Virus record (IMG/VR): IMGVR_UViG_3300029305_003110
Location: 1 to 64,000 of that record
Origin: a virus
Taxonomy: Duplodnaviria > Caudoviricetes
Reading direction: 5' to 3' (one strand)
DNA: 64,000 bases
Both the position numbers and the translations under genes were made by a program. Of the stretch, positions 29,167 through 38,555 are shown piece after piece. The stretch's first letter is position 1, and each line of letters starts with the position of its first letter. Below the pieces are notes generated by a model. The model made no database searches and was not told where the DNA came from. It worked only from the letters and a program-made list of their open reading frames with translations.

Positions 29167-29607
29167 TTATTTTGTTAAATTAGCTCGTTCACAACCCTCG
29201 CAACTTGAACGAATGCAATCGCCACAATATAATCCATTAGGATTATGTCCTGTGCTCGAATCGTGAAATCCTCCAACGTTATCAAAATAGACTTCGGGAG
29301 TGCTATAGAAATAAATATACTTTCCTTTAGATTTTGCATACTCGATTTCTTTCTTAGTAGATTCGCCAATATAGCCATTGACATCTATTACAAAAATTGA
29401 GTCAGCCATATCTATTTTTCGTTTATGCATATCGTCAAGCATTTCTTTCGTACCCTCTGCCCATGCTTCATCATCACCAGAATGACCAAATAATCCAACA
29501 CTAATTACTATGTGTTTAGAAAGTGTTAAACGTTTTTGTACTTCTAAAAATTCGTCTTTAAATTTAGTACTACCACACAATGTTACAACTTCATATTCTC
29601 CAACCAT
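29167..29607 (-). CDS. Nucleoside 2-deoxyribosyltransferase-like (DUF4406-like) protein with a Cys-rich tail
   Basis: VTLCGSTKF...HKRKIDMADSIFVIDVNGYIGESTKKEIEYA. Confidence 0.65.
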   Translation of the reverse strand: MVGEYEVVTLCGSTKFKDEFLEVQKRLTLSKHIVISVGLFGHSGDDEAWAEGTKEMLDDMHKRKIDMADSIFVIDVNGYIGESTKKEIEYAKSKGKYIYFYSTPEVYFDNVGGFHDSSTGHNPNGLYCGDCIRSSCEGCERANLTK

Positions 29608-29820
29608 CTTATTTCACCCCATTTATATTTTTTATCTAGTTAGTTGGTGATGGAATATCTTGGAATTTCTTCGTCAATTCAGAAATTCGTTCTTGCTCCG
29701 CCAACTGATATTCCAAATTTTTAATTTTATTTTGCAAGCACTCTATCTGTGAATAGCAATCAGATAGTTCTTTTTCAATATCGGAACGATTATCGATAAA
29801 CGCCATTATATTTCACCCCA

Positions 29821-30033
29821 TCATCTTGGTACTATTGTAATCCCGTGACCCAAAGCCAGAGTATTATCTGGCACGGTCTTTTCATGTAAACTACTATGAA
29901 ATGGGTCAACTTTCTTAAAGATTTCTGCAGTTCGAACACAGTTATGACAAATTTCAGTATTCTCATCAATTTTCATAGCGGGATCGCCTTCAAATAATTC
30001 CAAACAACCATCACATTTAAATGCCTTCGACAT
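29821..30033 (-). CDS. Small zinc-finger protein
   Basis: CDGC...CHNC; paralog of 30829..31155; TATATATTAT motif at 30057-30066. Confidence 0.6.
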   Translation of the reverse strand: MSKAFKCDGCLELFEGDPAMKIDENTEICHNCVRTAEIFKKVDPFHSSLHEKTVPDNTLALGHGITIVPR

Positions 30034-30069
30034 TAATTATTTCCTCCTTTATAAAAATAATATATATTT

Positions 30070-30354
30070 CTATTCCCAGTAAATGGTATATCCTGTCAAC
30101 GAACCGAAACAGTTTCTCATTTCATTAACACAAAATCCCATATTTTCTAATGTTTTCGCATATAAAGGTAGACACGTATCTATAAAAAGAGAACAGCTAT
30201 GCTCACCGTTCAATTCACAATCTACAATATATTTAAAAACTTCAGATAACTCACAAGTTGATTTAGTAAAATCTTCTATAAGTAGCTTTTCTCTTTCTCG
30301 CAATCCATTAATTTCTGAAATTACTTCTCTAAACTGTTCCATTGTTCTGCTCAT
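30070..30354 (-). CDS. Hypothetical protein
   Basis: 94-aa ORF with RBS. Confidence 0.6.
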   Translation of the reverse strand: MSRTMEQFREVISEINGLREREKLLIEDFTKSTCELSEVFKYIVDCELNGEHSCSLFIDTCLPLYAKTLENMGFCVNEMRNCFGSLTGYTIYWE

Positions 30355-30377
30355 ATGTATTCCCCCTTATAAAATAA

Positions 30378-30812
30378 CTATTTATCTATTTTTTCTTTTA
30401 CACATAATGGTTTACATTTACACGTTAGCATACTAGCGATCATCATTCCTTGAATAATTGCATTTTTGTATTGCTGACTATCGCTAAAAGTTGAAAATAT
30501 GGTATTTTGAAACATATTTTCGAATTCATTAGTGCCTATATAATTCAAAATATTCGTTTGAAATTCTGATGAATCAATAAGTACTTTATAATCGTATTTA
30601 ACCTCATCAGATTTCTCATTAGTTATTTCGCCCAACGCATCGCCACATTTAGGACAGAATTTGATGGAATATGCGCCAACATATTCATGCCCATTCCATA
30701 ATTGCATAACGTCTCCTGCTATCGTAAGATAATGAGGATTGAATTGTATTCGGTTAAAGTTATCGTATATTTTATATTCATCTAATTCCTTTTTACAAAA
30801 TTCACAAGCCAT
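30378..30812 (-). CDS. Zinc-ribbon hypothetical protein
   Basis: MACEFC...IKFCPKCG. Confidence 0.65.
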   Translation of the reverse strand: MACEFCKKELDEYKIYDNFNRIQFNPHYLTIAGDVMQLWNGHEYVGAYSIKFCPKCGDALGEITNEKSDEVKYDYKVLIDSSEFQTNILNYIGTNEFENMFQNTIFSTFSDSQQYKNAIIQGMMIASMLTCKCKPLCVKEKIDK

Positions 30813-30828
30813 ACATTTCCCCCTCCAT

Positions 30829-31155
30829 TTATTTAAATTTTATTAAGTCTTCATCAATACTCCTACCGTGAGCTAATTCATACAATTGCCAATCAAAATC
30901 CAAACCGTATACAGGACCGTTTTCATCACATAGTCCGGAATTATAGCTGTATTTTGGGTATGGATTAATATCTGGAGATTTCTTCTTACTTATTTTCACA
31001 TTCACGGTCTTCGAAGTACTTTTATATGGTTTTATATTTCTACTATGCTTTACAAGTAACATGCAATTCGGGCATAGGTCTATATTATCTCCATTAAATG
31101 CAGGTTTCCCTCTATAAAATTTTAAACAATTGTTACATATATATGCTTTCGACAT
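30829..31155 (-). CDS. Small zinc-finger protein
   Basis: CNNC...CPNC. Confidence 0.6.
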   Translation of the reverse strand: MSKAYICNNCLKFYRGKPAFNGDNIDLCPNCMLLVKHSRNIKPYKSTSKTVNVKISKKKSPDINPYPKYSYNSGLCDENGPVYGLDFDWQLYELAHGRSIDEDLIKFK

Positions 31156-31177
31156 TTGAATATCCTCCTAATACATA

Positions 31178-31537
31178 TCACTCCGTTATTTGTTTTATTC
31201 TTCTCATAATATAATGTGCATAGACATTATCTAGATCACATCGAATTATCTTATCTAAATTTTCATTCACATCAACATCTACACCGCGCGATAATAAATA
31301 TTCCACAGTAGTTTCTAATGACTTTACAGATAAATCATTCTTATGCACTCCACAATCTCGAAGCAAAGAGATTAATGCAAATTTCTTTAATAAAGATTCA
31401 TCGTCTGTTAAATTTTTATTTTGTATAACTTCTCCATATTTCTTTAATATGGAAACTATACTTTCTGTGGCTTCATTTTTATCTTTTGTAGTTGCTATAT
31501 CGATTATTTTTCTTGCAATAATATTTACATCTGTCAT
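31178..31537 (-). CDS. Hypothetical protein, paralogous to 26506..26919
   Basis: Shared motif; GGAGG RBS. Confidence 0.65.
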   Translation of the reverse strand: MTDVNIIARKIIDIATTKDKNEATESIVSILKKYGEVIQNKNLTDDESLLKKFALISLLRDCGVHKNDLSVKSLETTVEYLLSRGVDVDVNENLDKIIRCDLDNVYAHYIMRRIKQITE

Positions 31538-31552
31538 AATTTTATATGCCTC

Positions 31553-31759
31553 CTATTTATTTTCCAAAACTGCTAATGGACAATCAGTACCCAATCTCAT
31601 TGAGGATGCTACTGTAATAGGTATACGTAGTTTAGTTAAAATACACTGATTTGTCTTAACTATCCCACTATCTTTGAGAATGTGTATTTTCTGGTTTTCT
31701 TCATTATAAAATAAACATGCACTGCATGTTTCAGGTAATTCATCAACATAAACTTTCAT
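31553..31759 (-). CDS. Small Cys-rich phage protein
   Basis: LPETCSACLF...DCPL. Confidence 0.6.
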   Translation of the reverse strand: MKVYVDELPETCSACLFYNEENQKIHILKDSGIVKTNQCILTKLRIPITVASSMRLGTDCPLAVLENK

Positions 31760-31781
31760 ATTTTATTCTCCTATCTCAATT

Positions 31782-32009
31782 TTATGCCTGCGTGTTGCTC
31801 CGTTCTGCTCTCTTAGAATTATATTCAACACCCATATGCGTTATTTTATTATCTTTAATTTCATACCGAAGAGTAAACTCTCCGCCACATTTATCACATA
31901 AATAAGCACCGCAGTGTGATTCGTGACTAGGTCCTCCAGCGTGGCTTCCTCCATCATAAGTTACAAACTCATCAGTATTACACACTGGGCAAATCTTTTT
32001 TACTATCAT
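31782..32009 (-). CDS. Small zinc-ribbon protein
   Basis: CPVC...CDKC. Confidence 0.55.
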   Translation of the reverse strand: MIVKKICPVCNTDEFVTYDGGSHAGGPSHESHCGAYLCDKCGGEFTLRYEIKDNKITHMGVEYNSKRAERSNTQA

Positions 32010-32340
32010 CAGTACAATCTCCTTTTTTTATTAAATTATATTCATTAAGTATAGATATCCAATCGATAGAAAAATCTTTAATAGTACTACATTCTGCTGG
32101 TTCTTTTTGGAGTTTACAGCCGAAATATCCTCCACCAAGAACTATTATATTAGCACAATGCATACAACAATCATTAACTTTTAAAATATACTTTAATGTC
32201 AATACCGATATATAATATTCACATTTTTGACAATATTCATCTTCATGCGAAAATTTATGTCCACGAATATAACAATTAGTACATGGCGAAGTTACCTTCG
32301 CCAATTCTTCTAAAGTGTATAACATAAACATCCCCCTCAA
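31978..32340 (-). CDS. Cys-rich hypothetical protein
   Basis: Several CxxC motifs. Confidence 0.55.
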   Translation of the reverse strand: MRGMFMLYTLEELAKVTSPCTNCYIRGHKFSHEDEYCQKCEYYISVLTLKYILKVNDCCMHCANIIVLGGGYFGCKLQKEPAECSTIKDFSIDWISILNEYNLIKKGDCTDDSKKDLPSV

Positions 32341-32560
32341 TAAATTTTATATAATATTATTAGTTATATTTTTATCTACCCACATCATAAATAACTCGAT
32401 GCCGATATTTATAGTGCGAAATAATAATTGTAATATGCTTAAAACAGCATATACTGATACTGCTATAAGCATAAACGGTGTTAATATAATTCCTAATATG
32501 ACGCATAAAACTCGTTTCATAAAATAACCTCCAAAAAATTATAAATATACATATATTCAT

Positions 32561-32598
32561 TAGAGTCACTATATCAATGAAGATATAGTGACTCTAAT
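32561..32598 (-). terminator. Terminator hairpin
   Basis: TAGAGTCACTATATC/GATATAGTGACTCTA. Confidence 0.6.
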
Positions 32599-32615
32599 AT
32601 GTTATAATTTAAATG

Positions 32616-32942
32616 TTATTCTTTTTGTGGTTCGTCACATATCTGTGTATTTGTATTAATTGGTATATTTGATAAAAACTTTTTAAATTCTTCCATGTCT
32701 TCTTTAGCGATATATAGTGAAAAATAACCATATTCTTCGTTTCTAAGTATTTTTAATATTCGTTTCCATTTTCCTTTAAAGTTTTCTAACCCAGTATATG
32801 ATGACATGTTAAAAGTGTCACTGACTAATGACAGTTCATAACCGACCATATCATCATATTCTCCTTTAAATATAACGCCATCGCTACAACCGCATTTGCA
32901 ATATACGGCACAGCTTTTATTATCATTACTTTTCATAAACAT
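32616..32942 (-). CDS. Hypothetical protein
   Basis: 108-aa ORF, AGGAGG RBS. Confidence 0.65.
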   Translation of the reverse strand: MFMKSNDNKSCAVYCKCGCSDGVIFKGEYDDMVGYELSLVSDTFNMSSYTGLENFKGKWKRILKILRNEEYGYFSLYIAKEDMEEFKKFLSNIPINTNTQICDEPQKE

Positions 32943-32953
32943 AATATCTCCTC

Positions 32954-33157
32954 CTATTTTAATCGTATAACGGTTCCTTCAAAAGCACTAACTTCTTCAA
33001 TATGTACATTATTGATATCTTTATTTTCATCTATATTATATTCTTTTTTAAGAATATTAAAACAGTTGATGATGTTATCTGCAAATATTATACATTCTTT
33101 GTCTTTAGCAACAATATCATCATCTATAACAACTCCACATTTAAAAATTTTAAACAT
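32954..33157 (-). CDS. Small hypothetical protein
   Basis: 67-aa ORF with GGGGAG RBS. Confidence 0.55.
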   Translation of the reverse strand: MFKIFKCGVVIDDDIVAKDKECIIFADNIINCFNILKKEYNIDENKDINNVHIEEVSAFEGTVIRLK

Positions 33158-33187
33158 AATTTATTTCTCCCCATATTTATTGTATAA

Positions 33188-33583
33188 TCATTCAGATCTA
33201 GGACCGAACTTCCTCTCAATATCCTGTTTAGTTTTAGAACGATATTCATCGACAAGAGTTTCTGAAATAGGCATCTTTTTATTACAAAGACCGCCGAAGA
33301 AACAATAATTGTTAGTTTTACAGAACACACATCGGTTTATAGGATTCCCTAGTAATTGACCGAGTTTATCTTTTTGTACACATTCTCTAAGTTCCTCAGA
33401 CACAGGATTTTCGCAAATTCCTGTAGGTATTGGAAAATCCCAAACAGTTAATGCCTCGCATCTGTTTCCAACTGCCATAGGTTCGTCATCGGCGTTTAGT
33501 CTGGACGATATATATTCATTCTTTATTTTAGCTAGTTTACCCTTCTGTCTTGATGATTTAAAAAACTTTATCATTATTCTCAA
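33188..33583 (-). CDS. Cys-containing hypothetical protein
   Basis: 131-aa ORF overlapping the upstream stop. Confidence 0.55.
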   Translation of the reverse strand: MRIMIKFFKSSRQKGKLAKIKNEYISSRLNADDEPMAVGNRCEALTVWDFPIPTGICENPVSEELRECVQKDKLGQLLGNPINRCVFCKTNNYCFFGGLCNKKMPISETLVDEYRSKTKQDIERKFGPRSE

Positions 33584-34121
33584 TACCTTTCTTTATATCT
33601 GCACACAGTTTTGATGTAAGATAATCAGACCTTAATATTTCATAATATTTTATGTCGTATAACTCATTATCTACTAATTTGACATCGTCTTTAAATACTC
33701 CGACAACACGTCCGCCATATTTTTCAACGAGTCTATCATAGTGTTTTATTGCAGGATTTTTTGTCACTGCACTAAATACTATTTTATTAAATTTAAAAAA
33801 TTCAAAGATATCTTTAATGGCTTTACAAATATCTTTACCAAATATAAATTTTCCTGATTTATTATCTTCATCACAGAAACTTATAATTGCTAAACTTGAG
33901 CAATAGTTTGCTGTCCTATGTATATTATACATTATTACTCCAAGAACGTTATTATCTGCATCAACAGATGCAAACTGATGTGAGTCCCAACTGTTATCCT
34001 GTATCATAAAATTAGAATCATATGATACACTTGTTATAAAATATTTATATTTGTCAACAAACCATGCATGTAACCACAAATTTTCTATATCAGCTTTATA
34101 TAATATAGCCGGTTTAAGCAT
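33558..34121 (-). CDS. GNAT (RimJ/RimL-like) acetyltransferase-fold protein
   Basis: FKFNKIVFSAVTKNPAIKHYDRL...GGRVVG...YDIKYYEIL resembles the RimL-type C-terminal pattern. Confidence 0.6.
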   Translation of the reverse strand: MLKPAILYKADIENLWLHAWFVDKYKYFITSVSYDSNFMIQDNSWDSHQFASVDADNNVLGVIMYNIHRTANYCSSLAIISFCDEDNKSGKFIFGKDICKAIKDIFEFFKFNKIVFSAVTKNPAIKHYDRLVEKYGGRVVGVFKDDVKLVDNELYDIKYYEILRSDYLTSKLCADIKKGIENNDKVF

Positions 34122-34136
34122 ATTGATTCTCCTTAT

Positions 34137-34937
34137 TTATTTTTTAAAATGTCTTTTTATTAATTTTATAATATATAAATATTCTTTAGCATATTTATTA
34201 TGCCCATGAGTTTTCCTTACCTGCTTTTTGAAATCGGCAATTGAACCGTGAAAACAACCACAGCAAACATTTATATCTCCATCCTCGCATTTAAAGAATG
34301 TGGTCGAACGGAAACCAGAACCAAATCCTGTAATTACTGCATAATCTCCAGTATTATTTATAAGGGCATTTGAATCAATACGAGCATCTCCATAAATATT
34401 AGCATTGCACACTTTAGCCCACCCATATATTTGCGAACACCCATATATGCATGAATGACCATATATCTTAGCACCATCAGTAATACATGAAATACCACGC
34501 ACTTCTGCTTCGTCACAAATCTGCGCATTTCCGCAAATAGTTGCACCCCCATGCACTCTAGCTTTATCAAAAATTAACGCATTATTGTATACCTTAGCAT
34601 GCTCATATGCCCAAGCACATCCGTACACTCTAGCTTCTCCAAATATTTTAGCTGAGTTTGCTACTCTGGCATTGTCACCAACAAATGCATCATCACACAC
34701 ACAAGCATCATTATATATCCAGCAGGTCCCATCATGGCTGAGATTTTTTTCAGATTCAATCCATCCGCCCAATTCTCCTTTTTTAACATCTCCAAAATCT
34801 TTAAGAGCTTTTATTCTATGGAGTATTACTCCACGAAAGCTTCTAATTTCATCTGTTAATTCGTATTTTTTACCAGAACCGATTGTGCCTTTCCAATCAT
34901 AAGGTTTATCTTTTAATTTAACGGCATCATCTAACAT
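34137..34937 (-). CDS. Hexapeptide-repeat left-handed beta-helix protein (paralog 1)
   Basis: KYELTDE...RIKALKDFGDVKKGELGGWIESEKNL, then AxVxxx hexapeptides and a TTFF...CGCFHG C-terminal domain. Confidence 0.8.
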   Translation of the reverse strand: MLDDAVKLKDKPYDWKGTIGSGKKYELTDEIRSFRGVILHRIKALKDFGDVKKGELGGWIESEKNLSHDGTCWIYNDACVCDDAFVGDNARVANSAKIFGEARVYGCAWAYEHAKVYNNALIFDKARVHGGATICGNAQICDEAEVRGISCITDGAKIYGHSCIYGCSQIYGWAKVCNANIYGDARIDSNALINNTGDYAVITGFGSGFRSTTFFKCEDGDINVCCGCFHGSIADFKKQVRKTHGHNKYAKEYLYIIKLIKRHFKK

Positions 34938-34970
34938 AACTATCTCATCCTCTCCATTTAAAAATAAAAT

Positions 34971-35003
34971 ATTTCCCTGAATAATATAACTATTCAGGGA
35001 AAT
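34971..35003 (-). terminator. Terminator hairpin
   Basis: ATTTCCCTGAATA/TATTCAGGGAAAT. Confidence 0.6.
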
Positions 35004-35011
35004 TAATTTGT

Positions 35012-35491
35012 TTATTTATTTGTTTTTTCAGCAATAGAATCGAATATCATATGTTGTGCATACTTGCCAATAGGATTTCCTGTATACAAAAATGGAATTT
35101 TTGTCTCGTATATATTCAGAATATTGATATCAACAAATCCCATTTTCTCATAAAATGGTCTAATTGATTCTACGATTTCACACATACGGTCATCGCTAGG
35201 CTCTTCAGGGTATTCAATCTTCAATGCTGCCGCACTAGCGAGTATTATGGCATCTTTATTCATATTTATAATTTCTTCAACTAATTTTCTACCAATACCT
35301 TTACCTCTGTTTTCAGGATTGACATATACTGAATTTATCTCAACCTGTGGTGCGTAAGGAAATATTGATGACATATCACATGCTAAAAAGGAATTACCTT
35401 CTCCACTATTAGGACAATTTTTTCTGCTAGCATTAATGAAACTTCCATCACCATCATCAATCTTTATAATAATATTAAATTTATCCATCAT
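35012..35491 (-). CDS. GNAT acetyltransferase
   Basis: VYVNPENRGKGIGRKLV acetyl-CoA-binding motif and FYEKMGF. Confidence 0.8.
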   Translation of the reverse strand: MMDKFNIIIKIDDGDGSFINASRKNCPNSGEGNSFLACDMSSIFPYAPQVEINSVYVNPENRGKGIGRKLVEEIINMNKDAIILASAAALKIEYPEEPSDDRMCEIVESIRPFYEKMGFVDINILNIYETKIPFLYTGNPIGKYAQHMIFDSIAEKTNK

Positions 35492-35907
35492 AACTCCTCC
35501 TCACAATATTTCATTTCACCTTTTACTAATTCAATTATTTCATCAACATCCACAAGAGAATTTGGATTGTTTAACCATACCTGTATAATTTCATCATAAA
35601 CATGAACACCTAATTCTTTATCACAGCGAAATTTATCTTTACCATTTATAGTTATTATTGATAAATCGGTTTCCGTTTCATTTAATTCCTGTGTAAATTT
35701 ATCACTATTATTTTCTAATCTATCTTCAATCATATGTTGATTTATATGTGGTATTGGACTATATACTGTTGATGAAATTATTTTTGCTCGACGATTATAT
35801 TTTTTATTAATTTTGTCATATAGTTCATTAGAATGTCCGAATTCTAAAGAAATATTATTCAGAGTTGTACATATCTGTTTTTCTTTCATTATATATTGTA
35901 TTAACAT
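35488..35907 (-). CDS. Hypothetical protein
   Basis: 139-aa ORF with GAGGAG RBS. Confidence 0.6.
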   Translation of the reverse strand: MLIQYIMKEKQICTTLNNISLEFGHSNELYDKINKKYNRRAKIISSTVYSPIPHINQHMIEDRLENNSDKFTQELNETETDLSIITINGKDKFRCDKELGVHVYDEIIQVWLNNPNSLVDVDEIIELVKGEMKYCEEEL

Positions 35908-36100
35908 TTTATATTCTCCTCTTTAATATTTTTTTTCAAATCCGATAGGAAATAATCCGTTTATACACTTATCACCTTTCGAATCTCTTCTAGTACAGAA
36001 TATTACATTGAAATATTTACAGTTTTTACATCGTTTGTTAAATATAAATTCAAGTAATATTTGTATACGATATTTTATTTTATCCATATATTTACTCCAA

Positions 36101-36754
36101 TCATTTATTATATTTCCATATAGGGTGATCTGAATTTTTGCATACATCTGTTAATTTTCTAATAAAGTTAGCAGGAGTTATTCTTACATTATTTTTAGCA
36201 TAAAATTCGCCATCAAATATAATATCTAATACTTCGGTAGGCGCATATGTTGCTGCTTCATCCGCTGCATACGTTATACATCTATATACGTTTTTACCAC
36301 TAGTATTATTAGCTTTTCCGATATCATCATATACTGACATGAAATGTATATTTTTCTGCGGGAACGTACTAAATGCATATAATAAAATAACATCAACCAA
36401 ATATCTGTAACCTAAAATATTAGATCGTATTGATAATAGTGATAGAAGTTTCTTGATTCTGATTTCGATTATATTATTAATTTTATCAATATCTTGTAAC
36501 CCTATGATCAAATTAAGATTATAATTCAATTTAGTTATTTGATGTAGTAATTCTGTTTCAAAATATGACATTTCAATTTCATTTAATTTGTAAATTATAC
36601 CCTTAATCGAATTAATAATATTTTGATCTTTTTGATTAGTTATCAATTCCGGCATAATACGTTCTAAATGCGTTACACAATCATCAAGTTTTTTAAAATT
36701 TTCATCAAGCATCATATTATTTTTCATCTCTTTTCTCATATAATGTATCAGCAC
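36101..36754 (-). CDS. Protein with a Spo0A C-terminal DNA-binding domain and no receiver domain
   Basis: LLSLLSIRSNILGYRYLVDVI...VYDDIGKANNTSGKNVYRCITYA...TPANFI parallels Spo0A GVPAHIKGYxYLREAI...LYPxIAKKxxTTxSRVERAIRHA...PTNSEFI. Confidence 0.7.
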   Translation of the reverse strand: MLIHYMRKEMKNNMMLDENFKKLDDCVTHLERIMPELITNQKDQNIINSIKGIIYKLNEIEMSYFETELLHQITKLNYNLNLIIGLQDIDKINNIIEIRIKKLLSLLSIRSNILGYRYLVDVILLYAFSTFPQKNIHFMSVYDDIGKANNTSGKNVYRCITYAADEAATYAPTEVLDIIFDGEFYAKNNVRITPANFIRKLTDVCKNSDHPIWKYNK

Positions 36755-36965
36755 TTGTATTATATGTACTAGTTACTTTAGATATTTTTCCATTGATAAA
36801 GTTCGTAGATATCAAAATATGTCCTTTGCACATAGCACATTCACAATATTTTATTATAATATCTTCACCATATTTATTTAATGGTGTTACTTCATCCATA
36901 ACAATATGTTTTGATGTGCCGCATACAGGACATACTGGTATTGATTTTAAATATTCATTATTCAT
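36717..36965 (-). CDS. Small zinc-ribbon protein
   Basis: CPVC...CAMC. Confidence 0.55.
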   Translation of the reverse strand: MNNEYLKSIPVCPVCGTSKHIVMDEVTPLNKYGEDIIIKYCECAMCKGHILISTNFINGKISKVTSTYNTSADTLYEKRDEK

Positions 36966-37503
36966 TTTTTAATACCTCATTACGTTTATCATTAAATTCA
37001 TGAAATTCATTTTTAAAGTCATCTAACCATGAGATAAAACTATATAGGCATGAGTCACAAAAACCTAATTCTTTACCCTGACCGCAAGTGCTCAATACTT
37101 TAACGCCTGATATATATGGTGTCGATTCGTATCCAACAAAAGCGCCAGGCTCATCACATTCTTGATGTAGCTTATACTTGACTAAGCTGAACTGATCATT
37201 TTCTTTATATTTCATCCCACATCTGTGGCATGTTTTAAGTTTTGCTGCCTCTTCCGCGTTATATTTTCTAACAAATTTTGTAATATCATCTAATGAATAG
37301 TCAACGCCATCGATAATAATACCTGTACGTAATTGGTTTTGATCTTTTATAGTATCAGACGTTAAATTTGCTGTTATATATGGTGATATATTTTCACCAC
37401 ACAATCCTTTAGTATCAACATGAGAGTTCTTTGAACCATAACATTTGTTTCGCGAATTATTAAAGGTATGAGTATTAATATTTTTATTTCTTTTATTTTT
37501 CAT
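36958..37503 (-). CDS. Zinc-finger hypothetical protein
   Basis: CHRC...CDSC. Confidence 0.6.
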   Translation of the reverse strand: MKNKRNKNINTHTFNNSRNKCYGSKNSHVDTKGLCGENISPYITANLTSDTIKDQNQLRTGIIIDGVDYSLDDITKFVRKYNAEEAAKLKTCHRCGMKYKENDQFSLVKYKLHQECDEPGAFVGYESTPYISGVKVLSTCGQGKELGFCDSCLYSFISWLDDFKNEFHEFNDKRNEVLKNE

Positions 37504-37756
37504 TTATATCAGTCTCCTTATTATATTCTGGTGGTATAATGGCAAAATATATAAAATCGTCTGCACTTATATCATTATTATTTATGAGATATTGTAGTTC
37601 GCGTTTAGTAGAATCTTTTGCGAGACCTATAATATCAACATGTTTTTCATCATAACCATCCGCATCAAATTCAAATTCCCATATAGCTCTTACTGTTATA
37701 ACCTTCTTCATAATACCACCCCTATTTTTTACGATTTTTAAAATATCTTTTTGCAA
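37493..37756 (-). CDS. Small hypothetical protein (true start probably the internal MKKVITV)
   Basis: GGGGTGG RBS before the internal ATG. Confidence 0.55.
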   Translation of the reverse strand: MQKDILKIVKNRGGIMKKVITVRAIWEFEFDADGYDEKHVDIIGLAKDSTKRELQYLINNNDISADDFIYFAIIPPEYNKETDINEK

Positions 37757-38465
37757 GTTTTATCATCTGCAAATATTCTTTTCCATGAACATTGCGTTCA
37801 TATTTCTTTATATATCTCGCAACATCATCAATTGTACCTAGCATATTTTCGCCGATACTCATGTCTATTGAGTCTGTCGACTTGAAAAATGTTACAGTAA
37901 TACCTTCGCAGCCTGGACCAGTAATGACTATGTAATCGTGACTGTCGCCAATTCTTGCATCACCAAAAATGTATGCACCGTTTTTAATTATAGCATCACC
38001 ATATATTACACTATTGCCTGATACGGTGACTTTGTTATATAAAGATACATTATCCCGGATATAAGCGTCATCGTGAATATCACAATTATCAATAACACCA
38101 TTAGTTGATATCATAGCATACCCACCTATACGACAATTGTGAATTTTCGCCCCATCCATTATTATAGCATCATATCCAATATAACTATTTCCGTGTACAG
38201 AACATTCATTCATAATTTCCGCACGTGATGATATGCATGAATCATTATATATCACTGCATTATCCGAAACATTAGCATCATCGAATACTACTGCGTCGTC
38301 AAACACCCAACAATTTCCATGAATGCTAAGGTTCTTTTCAGATTCAATCCATCCGCCCAAATCTCCTTTTTTAACCTTTCCGAAATCTTTAAGAGCCCTT
38401 ATTCTATGGAGTGTTGCCCCATGAAACTCTCTAGTTTCATCTGTCAATTCGTATTTAGTATTCAT
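37722..38465 (-). CDS. Hexapeptide-repeat beta-helix protein (paralog 2)
   Basis: Same N-terminal domain as 34137..34937; TATATATTAT motif at 38491-38500. Confidence 0.8.
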   Translation of the reverse strand: MNTKYELTDETREFHGATLHRIRALKDFGKVKKGDLGGWIESEKNLSIHGNCWVFDDAVVFDDANVSDNAVIYNDSCISSRAEIMNECSVHGNSYIGYDAIIMDGAKIHNCRIGGYAMISTNGVIDNCDIHDDAYIRDNVSLYNKVTVSGNSVIYGDAIIKNGAYIFGDARIGDSHDYIVITGPGCEGITVTFFKSTDSIDMSIGENMLGTIDDVARYIKKYERNVHGKEYLQMIKLAKRYFKNRKK

Positions 38466-38512
38466 TTGACATCTCTCCCTTCTTAAATAAATAATATATA
38501 ATTAAAAACATA

Positions 38513-38548
38513 AAAAAATAACAGATAAATTAGTATCTGTTATTTTTT
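38513..38548 (-). terminator. Terminator hairpin
   Basis: AAAAAATAACAGATA/TATCTGTTATTTTTT; a similar hairpin lies at 39603-39638. Confidence 0.65.
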
Positions 38549-38555
38549 ATAATAA

